From Gemmatimonadota bacterium (lineage in GTDB: Bacteria; Latescibacterota; UBA2968; UBA8231): 64,000 nt of DNA. Numbering within the stretch: the stretch's first letter is position 1; each line of letters opens with the position of its first letter. The stretch is taken from contig JAYOYH010000003.1 of the NCBI GenBank assembly GCA_038153405.1, forward strand, positions 66,460 through 130,459, read 5' to 3'. The notes under the pieces are model-generated. The model saw only the letters and a list, made by a program, of their open reading frames with translations. It did no database searches and was not told the origin of the DNA. Shown one piece after another: positions 40,155 through 50,265 of the stretch. A program made the position numbers and the translations under genes.

Positions 40155-42200
40155 TTAGTAAACCACGCCGATGGGGCGTATCTGTAGGTCGCTTTGCTTC
40201 TCGGCCTCTATGCCGATTCCCAGCAGATAGAGACCCGGCGGCAGGGCGTTACCGCTGGCGTCGCGACCGTCCCAACTCAGTTCCTGCGGGCCCGAATCTT
40301 GAAGGCCTTTATCAATCGAAGCAACGAGGCGGCCGTCGAGAGAAAATACCTGAATCTGCACGGGGACTCCCTGCGGTAGCCCGTAGAGCGAATAGGTAAT
40401 TCTCAACTCGTCGTTGATACCATCCCCATTGGGCGTCACCGCGCCCGACGAAAAGGTCAGGTTTTGCACGAGATCGGGAGCTTCACTTGAAGAGGCCAGC
40501 ACGCGCAAGCCGTTGGTCCCGATCGCCTCGCTGGCATCGCCGCCCTCTACCGGCTGCGGCAAATCGGTGCTGCCGACGTTATACACCTCGCCGGTAAACG
40601 TGCGGGCAAAGTCAAAAACCTCCGCGGCAAACTGCACCTGTAGACTGGGATTGCGCGCCCTGGTAACGCGGTCGGCCAATTCGATGACGATGGCCGAGCC
40701 ATCGAGTTCGGCGCGGATCGGATCGACAGAAACGCCGTCAATAGCCAGCGCTTTAAACTCGGTCTTCTCGCTGCCGGTGTGGATGCGCAGTGCGTCAAAA
40801 CCAGGTTCGGCGCTGCCGAACTGCGCCTTAATTTCGTATACGAAGTCGGTCATCTCGCCCAAATTGACCTCGGCTACGCCGCGGACCGGACTGGGTTCAT
40901 CAAGGCGAGCCACCTCACCGACCACGCGGGTGGCCAGGATGGGCGACGTCTCAATCCACAGCGAGTCTAGCCGGGCAAACTCGTCAAAGCGCTCGCTGTG
41001 CAAGACGACTTTTAGCTGTAGGTGGGAGCCTCGGTTGAGGCTGAGTAAATTGCCCGACTCGGTCGTCGGAAAGGACCAGAACGTCCAGTTTTCCGTGTCG
41101 GACTCTACGCCGGCGCGAATACCGGGCTTGGGACGCACGGACAGCGTCACCGATCCGCCGAGGCCATCCGAGTTCGTAATATTGTTCGTCTGGTTTTTCA
41201 AAACGTTCTGATAGCGTTCCTGCGTAACGACGACGCGGGTCCCCATATCGGTATATTCGTAATAAATATCGGGCACCGGATCGACCCCCGTGCGCGCCTC
41301 GACTTCGGCCCACACGTTGGCTGTAGGGGCCTCGACCGCGACCCCATCAACCATGCGCATCGGCGTGATATGCCAATACAGGCGCCCAAAGTTGACGACG
41401 TCGTCCAACTCTAAAATCGTCGTCTTATAGTTGGCGCGCTTGGGCATGCCCTCACCGTACAGTGAAAATTCGCCCACCGTGCCTTTTCGCGCCGTGCCCC
41501 CCGTATTATCTGAAATGGCGTTGATATCGAGGATGGAATCTAGCCGCTTGTAGCGCACGTAGCGCACATACTGCTTGGGAAAGTTGGCAAAGATAATGGG
41601 GCGCGTATTTTCACGAGCTTCGGTTATAATTTCCCCAATGGGGCTCGAAGTATTCAGCACATCGTTGTTGGTATCGGGTGCAATAGATACTTCGAAAGCG
41701 GGTATGGCGTCCTGATCCAACGGCGTGCCGTCCGAGCGAAAAAAACCGGCATCTGGCGTGCGCAATGCAAAGCGGAACAGTGGAATGGGGACGCCCAAGT
41801 CGATGGTGTAATACTCGCTGGCAATGCTGTTACTCGTAGTGGGGTTATAGGTCAGGCCCGTTCCGTCGATTAGATTCAAAGCGTTATCTACCGTCGAACT
41901 GGTCCCACAGCACCCCTTCCACGCGCGCGGTCGCTCGCCGTCGACAAAGCCCAATTCATCCGGATTTTTCTTTGGCGACCAATCCTCGAGAAATATAAAA
42001 ACAGTCGAGTCGGACGTTACGAGTTTGGGCTGTATGGACGTGCGCGCCGCTTCGAAGTCAATCATAACCTGCGCTGAATCATTGCCAGCCCAGGGCAAAC
42101 CGCTGCCACCCATCTTCCACAAAGTAACTTCGGCATTACCCATCGAAGCACCCGCGACAAGCGTTATAAGCGCCAACCAACGCTTTGCAATTGACCTCAT
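40155..42200 (-). CDS. Secreted protein with FlgD-Ig / TPNGDG CTD (paralog D)
   Basis: AAGAGGAG RBS + ATG 42200, signal peptide, IDLG, ENWTFWS, GFDALRI, VTPNGDGIND, ends GVVY. Confidence 0.82.
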   Translation of the reverse strand: MRSIAKRWLALITLVAGASMGNAEVTLWKMGGSGLPWAGNDSAQVMIDFEAARTSIQPKLVTSDSTVFIFLEDWSPKKNPDELGFVDGERPRAWKGCCGTSSTVDNALNLIDGTGLTYNPTTSNSIASEYYTIDLGVPIPLFRFALRTPDAGFFRSDGTPLDQDAIPAFEVSIAPDTNNDVLNTSSPIGEIITEARENTRPIIFANFPKQYVRYVRYKRLDSILDINAISDNTGGTARKGTVGEFSLYGEGMPKRANYKTTILELDDVVNFGRLYWHITPMRMVDGVAVEAPTANVWAEVEARTGVDPVPDIYYEYTDMGTRVVVTQERYQNVLKNQTNNITNSDGLGGSVTLSVRPKPGIRAGVESDTENWTFWSFPTTESGNLLSLNRGSHLQLKVVLHSERFDEFARLDSLWIETSPILATRVVGEVARLDEPSPVRGVAEVNLGEMTDFVYEIKAQFGSAEPGFDALRIHTGSEKTEFKALAIDGVSVDPIRAELDGSAIVIELADRVTRARNPSLQVQFAAEVFDFARTFTGEVYNVGSTDLPQPVEGGDASEAIGTNGLRVLASSSEAPDLVQNLTFSSGAVTPNGDGINDELRITYSLYGLPQGVPVQIQVFSLDGRLVASIDKGLQDSGPQELSWDGRDASGNALPPGLYLLGIGIEAEKQSDLQIRPIGVVY

Positions 42201-42305
42201 GTTTCTACTCCTCTTATTGGGATCCTGCCACAACTGTGACAACAAGCCAAAGAGATCGCCACCGATTGCCGTTTTCCTAGTTGGAAAAGTCAAACTTTTC
42301 CTTTA

Positions 42306-42342
42306 AAAGTAAGGCTATGAACGCCCCTAAGCAATATATTGC
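42306..42342 (-). promoter_or_regulatory. Putative internal sigma70 promoter for paralog D with palindrome over the -35
   Basis: TTGCTT-N17-TACTTT; perfect palindrome GCAATATATTGC at 42331-42342. Confidence 0.5.
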
Positions 42343-42346
42343 CCCC

Positions 42347-44125
42347 TTACGGGGAAGACGCGGATTGGGCGTAACTGGCCAATTTCTCCGCGTTAATGCC
42401 CCAGTCACCTGCATACTGGCTGCGCAACTGGGATGTCAGCGATTCGACGCGCTGCTGCTGTTTGGCCTGACGGGCATAAAAGTCTGCCTTTTCTCTGCTC
42501 GCCTCAAAGGTCTGCACTCTCTCCGGCAAGCGCTCTAACACCATAAAAATGGAGTAGGCCGTTTTCAACGTGCGCGGCTCCCGCAGCGACGAGGGAATGG
42601 GCTCTTTTAACTCAATGGGCCCCAATAGCTCGTTTAGCGGGGCATTTACAGCCGCATCCATCAGCTCTTTGTAGACTATCCGCTCAAATGCGCGCATGGC
42701 AAAGAGCCCGCCATTCTCATCGGCGTAGCGGCGGATGCTATGGCGGGTGGCCAAATCGGCCATATCCGCTCCCTGGCGAATTTGCTGCAACAGCTCTTCG
42801 GCCTGCGCCCGTTGGGCAACCATGATTTCTTGGAAGACGATTTCCTCGGGAATTTTATAGCGTTCGGGGTGGGCATCGTAGTGGGCACGGGCATCCGCTT
42901 CGTCAACTTCAATGGCCCTTTCCATTTCTTCTTTCCACCACTTCTCCAGTAGTTTTCGCTCGCGCTGGCTCTGGACGGTGCTCCGCACGGCGGGATGTTC
43001 GGCAAAGCCTTCCCGGCGTGCGATCTCGACCAGCATCAGGTCGGGGGCCGCCTTCGTGCGCATGCGCTCATCGACCTGCGCGCTGTCTACAGTGGCGGAA
43101 CCCAAGCGCGTATTGATCAGCACGTACATGGCCTGCTCTAAGGTTATTTGGCCACCGTCGAATACATACAGCGGTGCGGCAAAGAGCTCTGGCGTCAAAT
43201 CGGGACTGCCCGGCGATGCGTTCCACGCGTTCAGGAAGCGATGCAAATTCTCTGTATTGACGCGCAGGTGTAAGCGATGCTGCAGGCTGTCGATATGCGC
43301 CCGTTTGAGCCGGTTGAACTTGTCCATCATTGTAGAGCGCTGGATCACGGTTCGGTACTTCTCGTAGGGCAACAGCTTCTTGTCTACGACTTTGGCCAAC
43401 TCCCAACCCTGCGCCGTGCGGAAGGGTTCGCTGACGTGCCCAATGTCCATCGAAAACACTTGTCGATAGACTTGGTCGGAAACGCGATCGAAAGCGTAGT
43501 ACGTATCAAAAGCACCGCCATTATCCGCCGTGCTGTCATCGAGCGAATAGGCCTGCGCCAATTCCTCAAACGAGCGCTGTCCCGAAGTAATCAGGGCGTA
43601 CAGCGAATCCGCTAGGGTTCGCGAGGCCACTAGGATGTGCGCACCGCGCACGGCAAAGCGCGCGGGATGAGAGGCAAAGCTCGCGCGCAGTTCGTCTTCG
43701 GTTATCAGGATATTCTGCCCTACCGTCTGATGCAGGTAGGTTTCGACCATCGTCTTTTGCTCGATCAAGCGCAGCGATTCCTTTAAAGCAGGATCGTCAC
43801 CCAGACCGCTGCGCTCCGCTTCGCGTATGATTAGCTTTTCGTCAATAAGGCTCAGCAGATGGTCTCGGTGGCGCTGGACGCCTTCAGCCGCCGACTTGTG
43901 CACGGGCTGAATTTGCGCCTCGTACTCGCGCAGCTGGTGCGCTTCAATGGGCCCGTCGCCAACGACGGCCAGCGCATCATCCGGCACAATTTTACGGCCT
44001 GCAACCGGTGCTGCCTGCTGCGCCGATTCCCGCCCTTGCTCTGCGCAGCCGGCATACAGCAGGCCGACCAGCACAAACCCCGCCGCAAGCACCGCTCGGT
44101 GTACTTTACCCACTCTGAACATCAT
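42347..44125 (-). CDS. PpiC/parvulin peptidyl-prolyl isomerase lipoprotein (SurA/PrsA-like, two PPIase domains)
   Basis: LYAGC lipobox; HILV...FEELAQAYSLD...NGG..VSEPFRT..GW; second copy EIMV...DMADLA..HS...NGG. Confidence 0.87.
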   Translation of the reverse strand: MMFRVGKVHRAVLAAGFVLVGLLYAGCAEQGRESAQQAAPVAGRKIVPDDALAVVGDGPIEAHQLREYEAQIQPVHKSAAEGVQRHRDHLLSLIDEKLIIREAERSGLGDDPALKESLRLIEQKTMVETYLHQTVGQNILITEDELRASFASHPARFAVRGAHILVASRTLADSLYALITSGQRSFEELAQAYSLDDSTADNGGAFDTYYAFDRVSDQVYRQVFSMDIGHVSEPFRTAQGWELAKVVDKKLLPYEKYRTVIQRSTMMDKFNRLKRAHIDSLQHRLHLRVNTENLHRFLNAWNASPGSPDLTPELFAAPLYVFDGGQITLEQAMYVLINTRLGSATVDSAQVDERMRTKAAPDLMLVEIARREGFAEHPAVRSTVQSQRERKLLEKWWKEEMERAIEVDEADARAHYDAHPERYKIPEEIVFQEIMVAQRAQAEELLQQIRQGADMADLATRHSIRRYADENGGLFAMRAFERIVYKELMDAAVNAPLNELLGPIELKEPIPSSLREPRTLKTAYSIFMVLERLPERVQTFEASREKADFYARQAKQQQRVESLTSQLRSQYAGDWGINAEKLASYAQSASSP

Positions 44126-45540
44126 TGATTTTCCCCTTTCAACTGGCGCGCTTTATTTCTGTGCTGCTCGCTGAGCGCGACTTCTCCTATCTGTTTGTAC
44201 GCTTCGGCCAATCCGAGGTGGGCCGGTGCCCAGGTTTGATCGAGAGAGATCGCCCTTTGGAGCGCGGCAACGGCCTCATCGGTGCGCTGCTGACTGAGAT
44301 AGACCTGGGCCAGCAGCGTCATGGCCGGCACGTGTTGGGCATCGGTCTTCAGTATTTGCTCATAGGCGGCAGCGGCCTGGTCCAAATGGCCGGTGCGGAA
44401 ATAGATATTGCCCATGTTGTTGAGCGCCTGCAGGTTGTCTGGGTTCACCGTTACGGCGCGCACGTAGTGGGGCAGCGCCACGCCGGTAAAACCTAGACGT
44501 CCGTAAATATAACCCAGATTGTAATGCGCTTCGCCGTCGTCTGGGTCGCTGCGCACGCGTTCCTGAAAGTATTCGATCTCCTTTTCAAAGCTCTTTATTT
44601 TTTCGTACGCCTCCAGCGACTTTTGCCCGGCACTTTCGCGGCCTTGCCGCAGGTAAATCTGCCCCAGCATGCGAAAGGATTCTGCGATGCCGGGTTCGAT
44701 AAGTATGGTTCTCCGCAGGCGTTCGGCAGCAGCGGCCAGGTCGTTATGACGCATATCGAGCCGAGCGATTTGCACGTGGGCCTGCGCATAGGTGGTGTCG
44801 ATGGCCAGCGTCTTTTCGAATTGGGCGCGCGCCGCCGCATCGTCACCACTATTTAGCAGCGCTTCACCCAGCGCATAGAGGGCGCGAGCGTGCTGTGGAT
44901 TGCCTGCGATAACTTGTTGCAAGTGCGACTTAGCTTGGTCATACTGACCTAGGTGTACGTTTACTAACCCAAGATTAAAGCGCGTATTTTCGTCGTCCGG
45001 TGCCAGTTCCAGCGCACGTCCATATTCGCGCGCCGAATCGGCCAAGCGGCCCTGCTTACTGTATACGGCAGCCAAATTGCGACGGGCGGCGACGTAGGTC
45101 GAGTCGAGGTTTAAGGCAGCGCGAAAAGCGGATTCGGCTTCGTCAAAGCGGTTGAACTTCAGATGAAAAATACCCAGCCCAACCTGCAGAGATGGGTTGT
45201 GCGGTTCGAGCGCAACGGCCATGGCATAGAGTTCACCCGCTTTGTCAACATCGCCCAGCGCCAAATGAGTGCGCCCCAAACCAATCAACACCTCGCCCGA
45301 CTGTGGGTTTTGCCGGCGCGCTTCTTCAAACGCGGCAAGCGCATCGCGGTACTTACTCTGAGCAAGCAGGGCACGCGCGCGCAGGCGCGGATCGCGCATG
45401 GCCGTCTCGACATCGGCCTGCGGCCGTTTTAGCTGCTGAATATCGCGCTCTTCCAGTGCAACAGTCGGCTCTCGCTGCTCGACATCGCTCTGGCCGCACG
45501 CCATGAACAATGCGGCACTACACAGTATCCAATGCTTCAC
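44122..45540 (-). CDS. TPR-repeat lipoprotein
   Basis: FMACG lipobox, about 11 TPR repeats. Confidence 0.88.
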   Translation of the reverse strand: MKHWILCSAALFMACGQSDVEQREPTVALEERDIQQLKRPQADVETAMRDPRLRARALLAQSKYRDALAAFEEARRQNPQSGEVLIGLGRTHLALGDVDKAGELYAMAVALEPHNPSLQVGLGIFHLKFNRFDEAESAFRAALNLDSTYVAARRNLAAVYSKQGRLADSAREYGRALELAPDDENTRFNLGLVNVHLGQYDQAKSHLQQVIAGNPQHARALYALGEALLNSGDDAAARAQFEKTLAIDTTYAQAHVQIARLDMRHNDLAAAAERLRRTILIEPGIAESFRMLGQIYLRQGRESAGQKSLEAYEKIKSFEKEIEYFQERVRSDPDDGEAHYNLGYIYGRLGFTGVALPHYVRAVTVNPDNLQALNNMGNIYFRTGHLDQAAAAYEQILKTDAQHVPAMTLLAQVYLSQQRTDEAVAALQRAISLDQTWAPAHLGLAEAYKQIGEVALSEQHRNKARQLKGENQ

Positions 45541-47177
45541 GGGACGTCACTCTCCTCGATTGTCACGTACTGATTTGCCGTTATATCGTCGAGCGATTGC
45601 CGCTGTCCCGAAGGCCAGCGTACCTCAACGCGCTCTGCGCCAATCGCATCGCCCAATCCAAAGAGCAGGCGAGCATCGTGAGACGATAGATAGCTTCCAC
45701 CCGCTCGCCGCTCGCGCAGCTGTCTCTTGCCCCCGACCCAGACCTCCACAACGGCGCCAACGGCATCGCGATTGCTTCCTCGCCCTACCAGTTGAATGCC
45801 CAGCCAGCCCTGCGCATGGCCCCCGTCGTTGCGCAGCAGCGCAGCCGGACCAGCCGAGTTATTGATGGCAATATCGGCATCGCCGTCGTTGTCTATATCG
45901 CCAAACGCCGCTCCGCGACTCACCTGTAGCAGCTCAAAGCCGGGACCGGCTGCCGCATTCTCCACAAAGCGTCCCTGCCCGTCGTTGTCCAACAATTGGT
46001 TGCGCTGAGGGTAGGTGCTGGCGTGATCGATTTTTTCGACGTTGTCGTAGACGTGCCCATTGGCCACGAATATATCCAGATCGCCGTCGCCATCGTAGTC
46101 GAGAAAACCAGTGCCAAAGCCCAAATACGCCATGCTCGCCTTCTGCACGCCGCTGGCTACGGTAGCATCAATAAAAAAGCCGCTGCCGGCGTTGCGGTAG
46201 AGCGTATTGCTCTCCCACTGAAAATTCGTTACAAAAAAATCCTGCAAGCCATCGCCGTCTACATCGCCCAAGTCGACGCCCATGCCCGCTTCGACGCCGC
46301 CCTCGTCGTTGAGACTAGTGCCGCTGGCAAGGCCGCGTTCGACAAAGTGTGAACCGTCGTTGCGATAGAGCATATTGGGCGTCATATCGTTGGCTAAGTA
46401 GAGGTCGACATCGCCGTCGCCATCGGAGTCGCCCAGGATAACGCCGAGCTCTTTGCCGTCCGTGCTGTGCAAGCCCCACTCGCGCGTGCCATCGCGCCAG
46501 GTCCAATTCGCTTCGGCTCCGCCGTTGATGTAGAGGCGATCGACCTGACCGAAGAACTTGCGCGGGTCGCAGTAGAGTCGCTCATCGCTGTTGCCCACCC
46601 AGCAGTTGACCAGATCGGCTCCGAGTGGGTACTCGACGTAGTTGCCCACAAAAAGGTCCAAGTCCCCGTCCGAGTCGACGTCGGCAAAAGCCGCGCTAGT
46701 GCCCCAACCGGCATCGTCGACGCCCTGTGATGCATCGACAAACGAACCATTGGCGCCATTTCTATAGAGGACATTGGCGCCAAAATTAGAAACGTAGAGG
46801 TCGGGATACCCATCGGCGTCGTAGTCCCCCACTACGGCTCCCATGCCGTAGCCGACGTCGTCAACCCCCGCCCGACTGGCAATCTCTACAAAGCGATTGG
46901 CGCCCTCGTTGCGGTAGAGCGCATTAGGTGCCAAGGGGGCCTGCGTCAATCCGGGGATGCGGCCGCCGTTGACCCAGTACAAGTCGAGCATGCCATCGAC
47001 ATCGAAATCGATACAGGCCACACCCGAACCATAGGTTTCGGGCAGGTAGCGCATGCCTTCGGCGCCGTTCTGGTGTAGAAAAGAGACGCCGGCCTCTGCG
47101 GCTATATCGACGAATTGCACCTGTCCAAATGCACTGCCAACAAACAGGCAAAGCCACGCTAAAGAGCGCGCCATCAT
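45537..47177 (-). CDS. CRTAC1-family FG-GAP + ASPIC/UnbV protein
   Basis: PETYGSG, DYDxDG repeats, AGMGVD, SRGAAFGD, SNRDAVGA, SYLS, WPSG. Confidence 0.9.
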   Translation of the reverse strand: MMARSLAWLCLFVGSAFGQVQFVDIAAEAGVSFLHQNGAEGMRYLPETYGSGVACIDFDVDGMLDLYWVNGGRIPGLTQAPLAPNALYRNEGANRFVEIASRAGVDDVGYGMGAVVGDYDADGYPDLYVSNFGANVLYRNGANGSFVDASQGVDDAGWGTSAAFADVDSDGDLDLFVGNYVEYPLGADLVNCWVGNSDERLYCDPRKFFGQVDRLYINGGAEANWTWRDGTREWGLHSTDGKELGVILGDSDGDGDVDLYLANDMTPNMLYRNDGSHFVERGLASGTSLNDEGGVEAGMGVDLGDVDGDGLQDFFVTNFQWESNTLYRNAGSGFFIDATVASGVQKASMAYLGFGTGFLDYDGDGDLDIFVANGHVYDNVEKIDHASTYPQRNQLLDNDGQGRFVENAAAGPGFELLQVSRGAAFGDIDNDGDADIAINNSAGPAALLRNDGGHAQGWLGIQLVGRGSNRDAVGAVVEVWVGGKRQLRERRAGGSYLSSHDARLLFGLGDAIGAERVEVRWPSGQRQSLDDITANQYVTIEESDVP

Positions 47178-48895
47178 GGCCCATCACCGGCGGCTGGTTC
47201 GACGCCGCCGCGGCCGGGCTCAATAGAGAGGATCTGGTTGGCCTGCACGTCGCGCAATACCTCGCGCCGACCGTCGGGCCAGCGCACCGTCAGTCGATCG
47301 ACGCGCTCGGCCTTGCCCAAGCCAAAGTGCAGCCGCATATCGTCCTGCGATATATAGCCCGTTCCCGAACGCACCTCGCGCAGTTGCGTGCGCCCCCCCA
47401 CTTCAGCCACGACGCGCGCTCCCACCGCCTGCCTATTGTCGCCGTCGCCAAGCAAGCGCACCATGAGCCAATTGTTGTCGTTGCCGCCGTCGTTGCGCAG
47501 GACGGTAGGCTCATCGTCGATATTGACGACGACGATGTCGAGATCGCCGTCGTTGTCCAAATCGCCAACGGCGTGACCCCGGCTCGATTTTTCCACGGCA
47601 AACCCCGGTCCCCGTCCCTTCCCGACCTCAGTAAAGGCCCCCGCCCGGTTTTCAAAGAGCTGGTTGCGCTGGGCGTAGGCCGTGCCGATATCGTGGCGAT
47701 CGACGGCCGGATAGACGTGGCCGTTTGCTACGAATAAATCGTCGTCGCCGTCGTTATCGTAATCGAAAAAACCGGTCCCCCAGCCCAGATAGGTAATGCT
47801 TTCTTTGCCCAGAGACGTCGTAAAGCTGGCATCGGTAAAAAAACCGCGGCCGTTGTTTTGATAGAGCGTATTGTTATCGTGGGAAAAGTTGGTAACAAAG
47901 AGATCGAGATCGCCGTCGCCGTCGTAGTCGCCGCTGGCCAACCCCATGCCCCCCTGCTCTCTGCCGTCCTCGCTGTAAGCGGACGCCGTTATCAGCGCGA
48001 CATCGCTAAAGCGACCGCCGTCGTTGCGATAGAGCGAATTGGGCGTCGAATCGTTGGCGATGTATATATCCAGATCGCCGTCGTTGTCGTAATCGCCGGC
48101 CAGCGCGGCAAAGCCGTAGTAGTCGTGCGGCTCTAACCCAAATTCTTCACTGGCATCGACAAAGTGCCAACCGCTTTCCCGCCCGTCGTTGCGATAGAGT
48201 CGATCGGGCTCGCCCGGCATACCGCGCGGACCGTAAAAGACATTTATCCCGCGCCAATTGCAGAAGCTCATGTCGGCAGGCACGTACTCTGGATCGAAAT
48301 CTATGTAGTTGGTCAGATAGAAATCGAGGTCGCCATCGCCGTCGTAATCGCCAAAGGTCGCCGCTGAACTCCAGCCGGGAAAGTCTACTCCCACTTGGGC
48401 GGCGACGTCGCGAAACGTGCCGTCGCCCATATTTTGGTAGAGCGCGTTGGGGCCGTAATTAGACAGATACACATCGCTGTGGCCATCGGCGTTAAAGTCG
48501 ACGACGGTGACGCCCATGCCCCAACCGATATGGGCAATGCCCGCCTTTTCTGCAACGTCGACAAAGCGCCAGTCTCCCTCGTTGCGAAACAGCGCCGCGC
48601 GCGGTTCCCGGCCAGCGGGATAGCCCTGCAAGCGCGAACCATTGACCATAAAAAGGTCCAGATCGCCGTCGCCGTCGTAATCAAAAAGGGCGGTGCCACC
48701 CGTATTGCACTCGACGATATGTTCTTTTTCCGGCGTGCCAGAAACCATTCTGTGAACGATGCCCACTTCGACTGCCACGTCGTAAAACTGCGGACCGGTT
48801 CCTATTTCCGTTCCCGAATCGGTCTTCTCTTCAGCACATCCGATTGCCAACAACAATAGCGCCACACCGCCAATCCGCGCATTCCATCGCATCAC
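47174..48895 (-). CDS. CRTAC1-family FG-GAP + ASPIC/UnbV lipoprotein
   Basis: AIGC lipobox, DYDGDGDLD repeats, GGMG, LHFGLG, WPDG. Confidence 0.9.
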   Translation of the reverse strand: MMRWNARIGGVALLLLAIGCAEEKTDSGTEIGTGPQFYDVAVEVGIVHRMVSGTPEKEHIVECNTGGTALFDYDGDGDLDLFMVNGSRLQGYPAGREPRAALFRNEGDWRFVDVAEKAGIAHIGWGMGVTVVDFNADGHSDVYLSNYGPNALYQNMGDGTFRDVAAQVGVDFPGWSSAATFGDYDGDGDLDFYLTNYIDFDPEYVPADMSFCNWRGINVFYGPRGMPGEPDRLYRNDGRESGWHFVDASEEFGLEPHDYYGFAALAGDYDNDGDLDIYIANDSTPNSLYRNDGGRFSDVALITASAYSEDGREQGGMGLASGDYDGDGDLDLFVTNFSHDNNTLYQNNGRGFFTDASFTTSLGKESITYLGWGTGFFDYDNDGDDDLFVANGHVYPAVDRHDIGTAYAQRNQLFENRAGAFTEVGKGRGPGFAVEKSSRGHAVGDLDNDGDLDIVVVNIDDEPTVLRNDGGNDNNWLMVRLLGDGDNRQAVGARVVAEVGGRTQLREVRSGTGYISQDDMRLHFGLGKAERVDRLTVRWPDGRREVLRDVQANQILSIEPGRGGVEPAAGDGP

Positions 48896-50151
48896 TGAAT
48901 TCCCTTCCCTGCAATCTCCACTGCGCGCTGACGCGCCGACCTACCCGCTTCAATTTGTCCCTGCTGTATGAGTGCCGTGCCCAACCCGTGCAGCGCTTCG
49001 GCCAGAGTATCATCCGTGACCAATGCACTTCGAAATGCGGCTTCGGCCAGAGCGTATTCTCCCCGCACCAGATAGCTATTTCCCCTGTTTTTATGCGCAA
49101 GGCCGTAGTCGGGTTTGAGGGCAACCGCTTTGTTAAAATGGTTTAGGGCTTCTTCGTGCTGACCCTTTAGCGAAAAGACAACGCCGAGATTGTGCTGGGC
49201 TTCTGCATACGTCGAATCGGCCGTTACTGCCGCACCAAACTGCGCCAGTGCCCCATCCCACTGTTCTCGCCTTAGGTAGACCAACCCCAGATTGAAGTGG
49301 CCCGCCGCTCGCTCCGCTTCCGCTAGCGGTCGACTTCCGCGATAGAGCAGTCGCCGATAGTGATCCTCGTCCATATCAGAGCTGCTCAACCGCTGGAATA
49401 GTTCGATCATCTGCTGCCCCTCGTCAACGCGACCGGTGCGCGCATAGAGCGTCCCCAGACTATAATAGGCTTCGGTGTAGGATGGATCGGCCTCGATCGT
49501 TTGTTCCATAGCGGCAATCGCCTTGGTATCGTTCTGGCGCCGCAGATAGATCAGCGCCAAATAATAGTGGGCATGGGCGCTGCTCGGATCGAGATCAATC
49601 GATTGTTTCAACGCCGTTTCTGCGCGATCGTTTTCCCCACGAGAACAGAGAATAAACCCCTCGACAAAATGTCCGTAGGCATTGCCTGGGGCTAACGCCA
49701 AACCGCGCTCGGCAGCCTGCAGCGCTTCGTCGAATCCGTCGCCGCGCTCGTTGTAGAGCAGAGCCAACGCCCAGTGGGCATCTGCCAAGCCGGGTGCCAG
49801 TTGGAGAGCTCGCTTAAAAGAGGCGATGGCCTCCGTCTTCAGGTGTTCCTTTGCCTGGGCCACTCCCAGGTAAAAATGGGCATCGGGATCTTCGGGCAAC
49901 CGTTCGACCAAACGCGCAAACACCTCGCGTGCCGCGCGGGTACGACCCTCTTGGAGATAGAGCCAACCCAATTCATACTGGGACGGCGACGGACCGGACG
50001 AACGGCTTTTTTCGTACTCCTCCAGCGCCGCCGTTGGCCTGATCGGCCTCAGTTCATAAGGCGCTTCCGCCGAGCAGCCAATGATCCAACAGGTCGCTAA
50101 TCCAACCAGCAGATAGGCATAGGTATAGAGCGATAAATTGCGTTTTCTCAT
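48892..50151 (-). CDS. TPR-repeat lipoprotein
   Basis: IIGC lipobox, multiple TPRs; start moved to ATG 50151, downstream of the intergenic hairpin. Confidence 0.85.
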   Translation of the reverse strand: MRKRNLSLYTYAYLLVGLATCWIIGCSAEAPYELRPIRPTAALEEYEKSRSSGPSPSQYELGWLYLQEGRTRAAREVFARLVERLPEDPDAHFYLGVAQAKEHLKTEAIASFKRALQLAPGLADAHWALALLYNERGDGFDEALQAAERGLALAPGNAYGHFVEGFILCSRGENDRAETALKQSIDLDPSSAHAHYYLALIYLRRQNDTKAIAAMEQTIEADPSYTEAYYSLGTLYARTGRVDEGQQMIELFQRLSSSDMDEDHYRRLLYRGSRPLAEAERAAGHFNLGLVYLRREQWDGALAQFGAAVTADSTYAEAQHNLGVVFSLKGQHEEALNHFNKAVALKPDYGLAHKNRGNSYLVRGEYALAEAAFRSALVTDDTLAEALHGLGTALIQQGQIEAGRSARQRAVEIAGKGIQ

Positions 50152-50190
50152 CAAGTAGAAAATACTCGCTATTGGCCGACAGACAACAAC

Positions 50191-50226
50191 AAGCGTCCGA
50201 CCTCCCCGAGAGGAGGCCGGACGCTT
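50191..50226 (-). terminator. 16-bp intergenic hairpin (terminator or mRNA stabiliser) after the barrel gene
   Basis: AAGCGTCCGGCCTCCT-CTCG-GGGAGGTCGGACGCTT followed by GTTGTTGT. Confidence 0.7.
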
Positions 50227-50265
50227 GCGCAAGGTATGGCTAATGGGTGAAGATTAGCGGAAGGT

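Noticed and set aside
32532..42200. FlgD-like domains read as flagellar hook-cap genes
   Set aside because: Only the Ig-like C-terminal module is present on large Sec-exported proteins; not true FlgD
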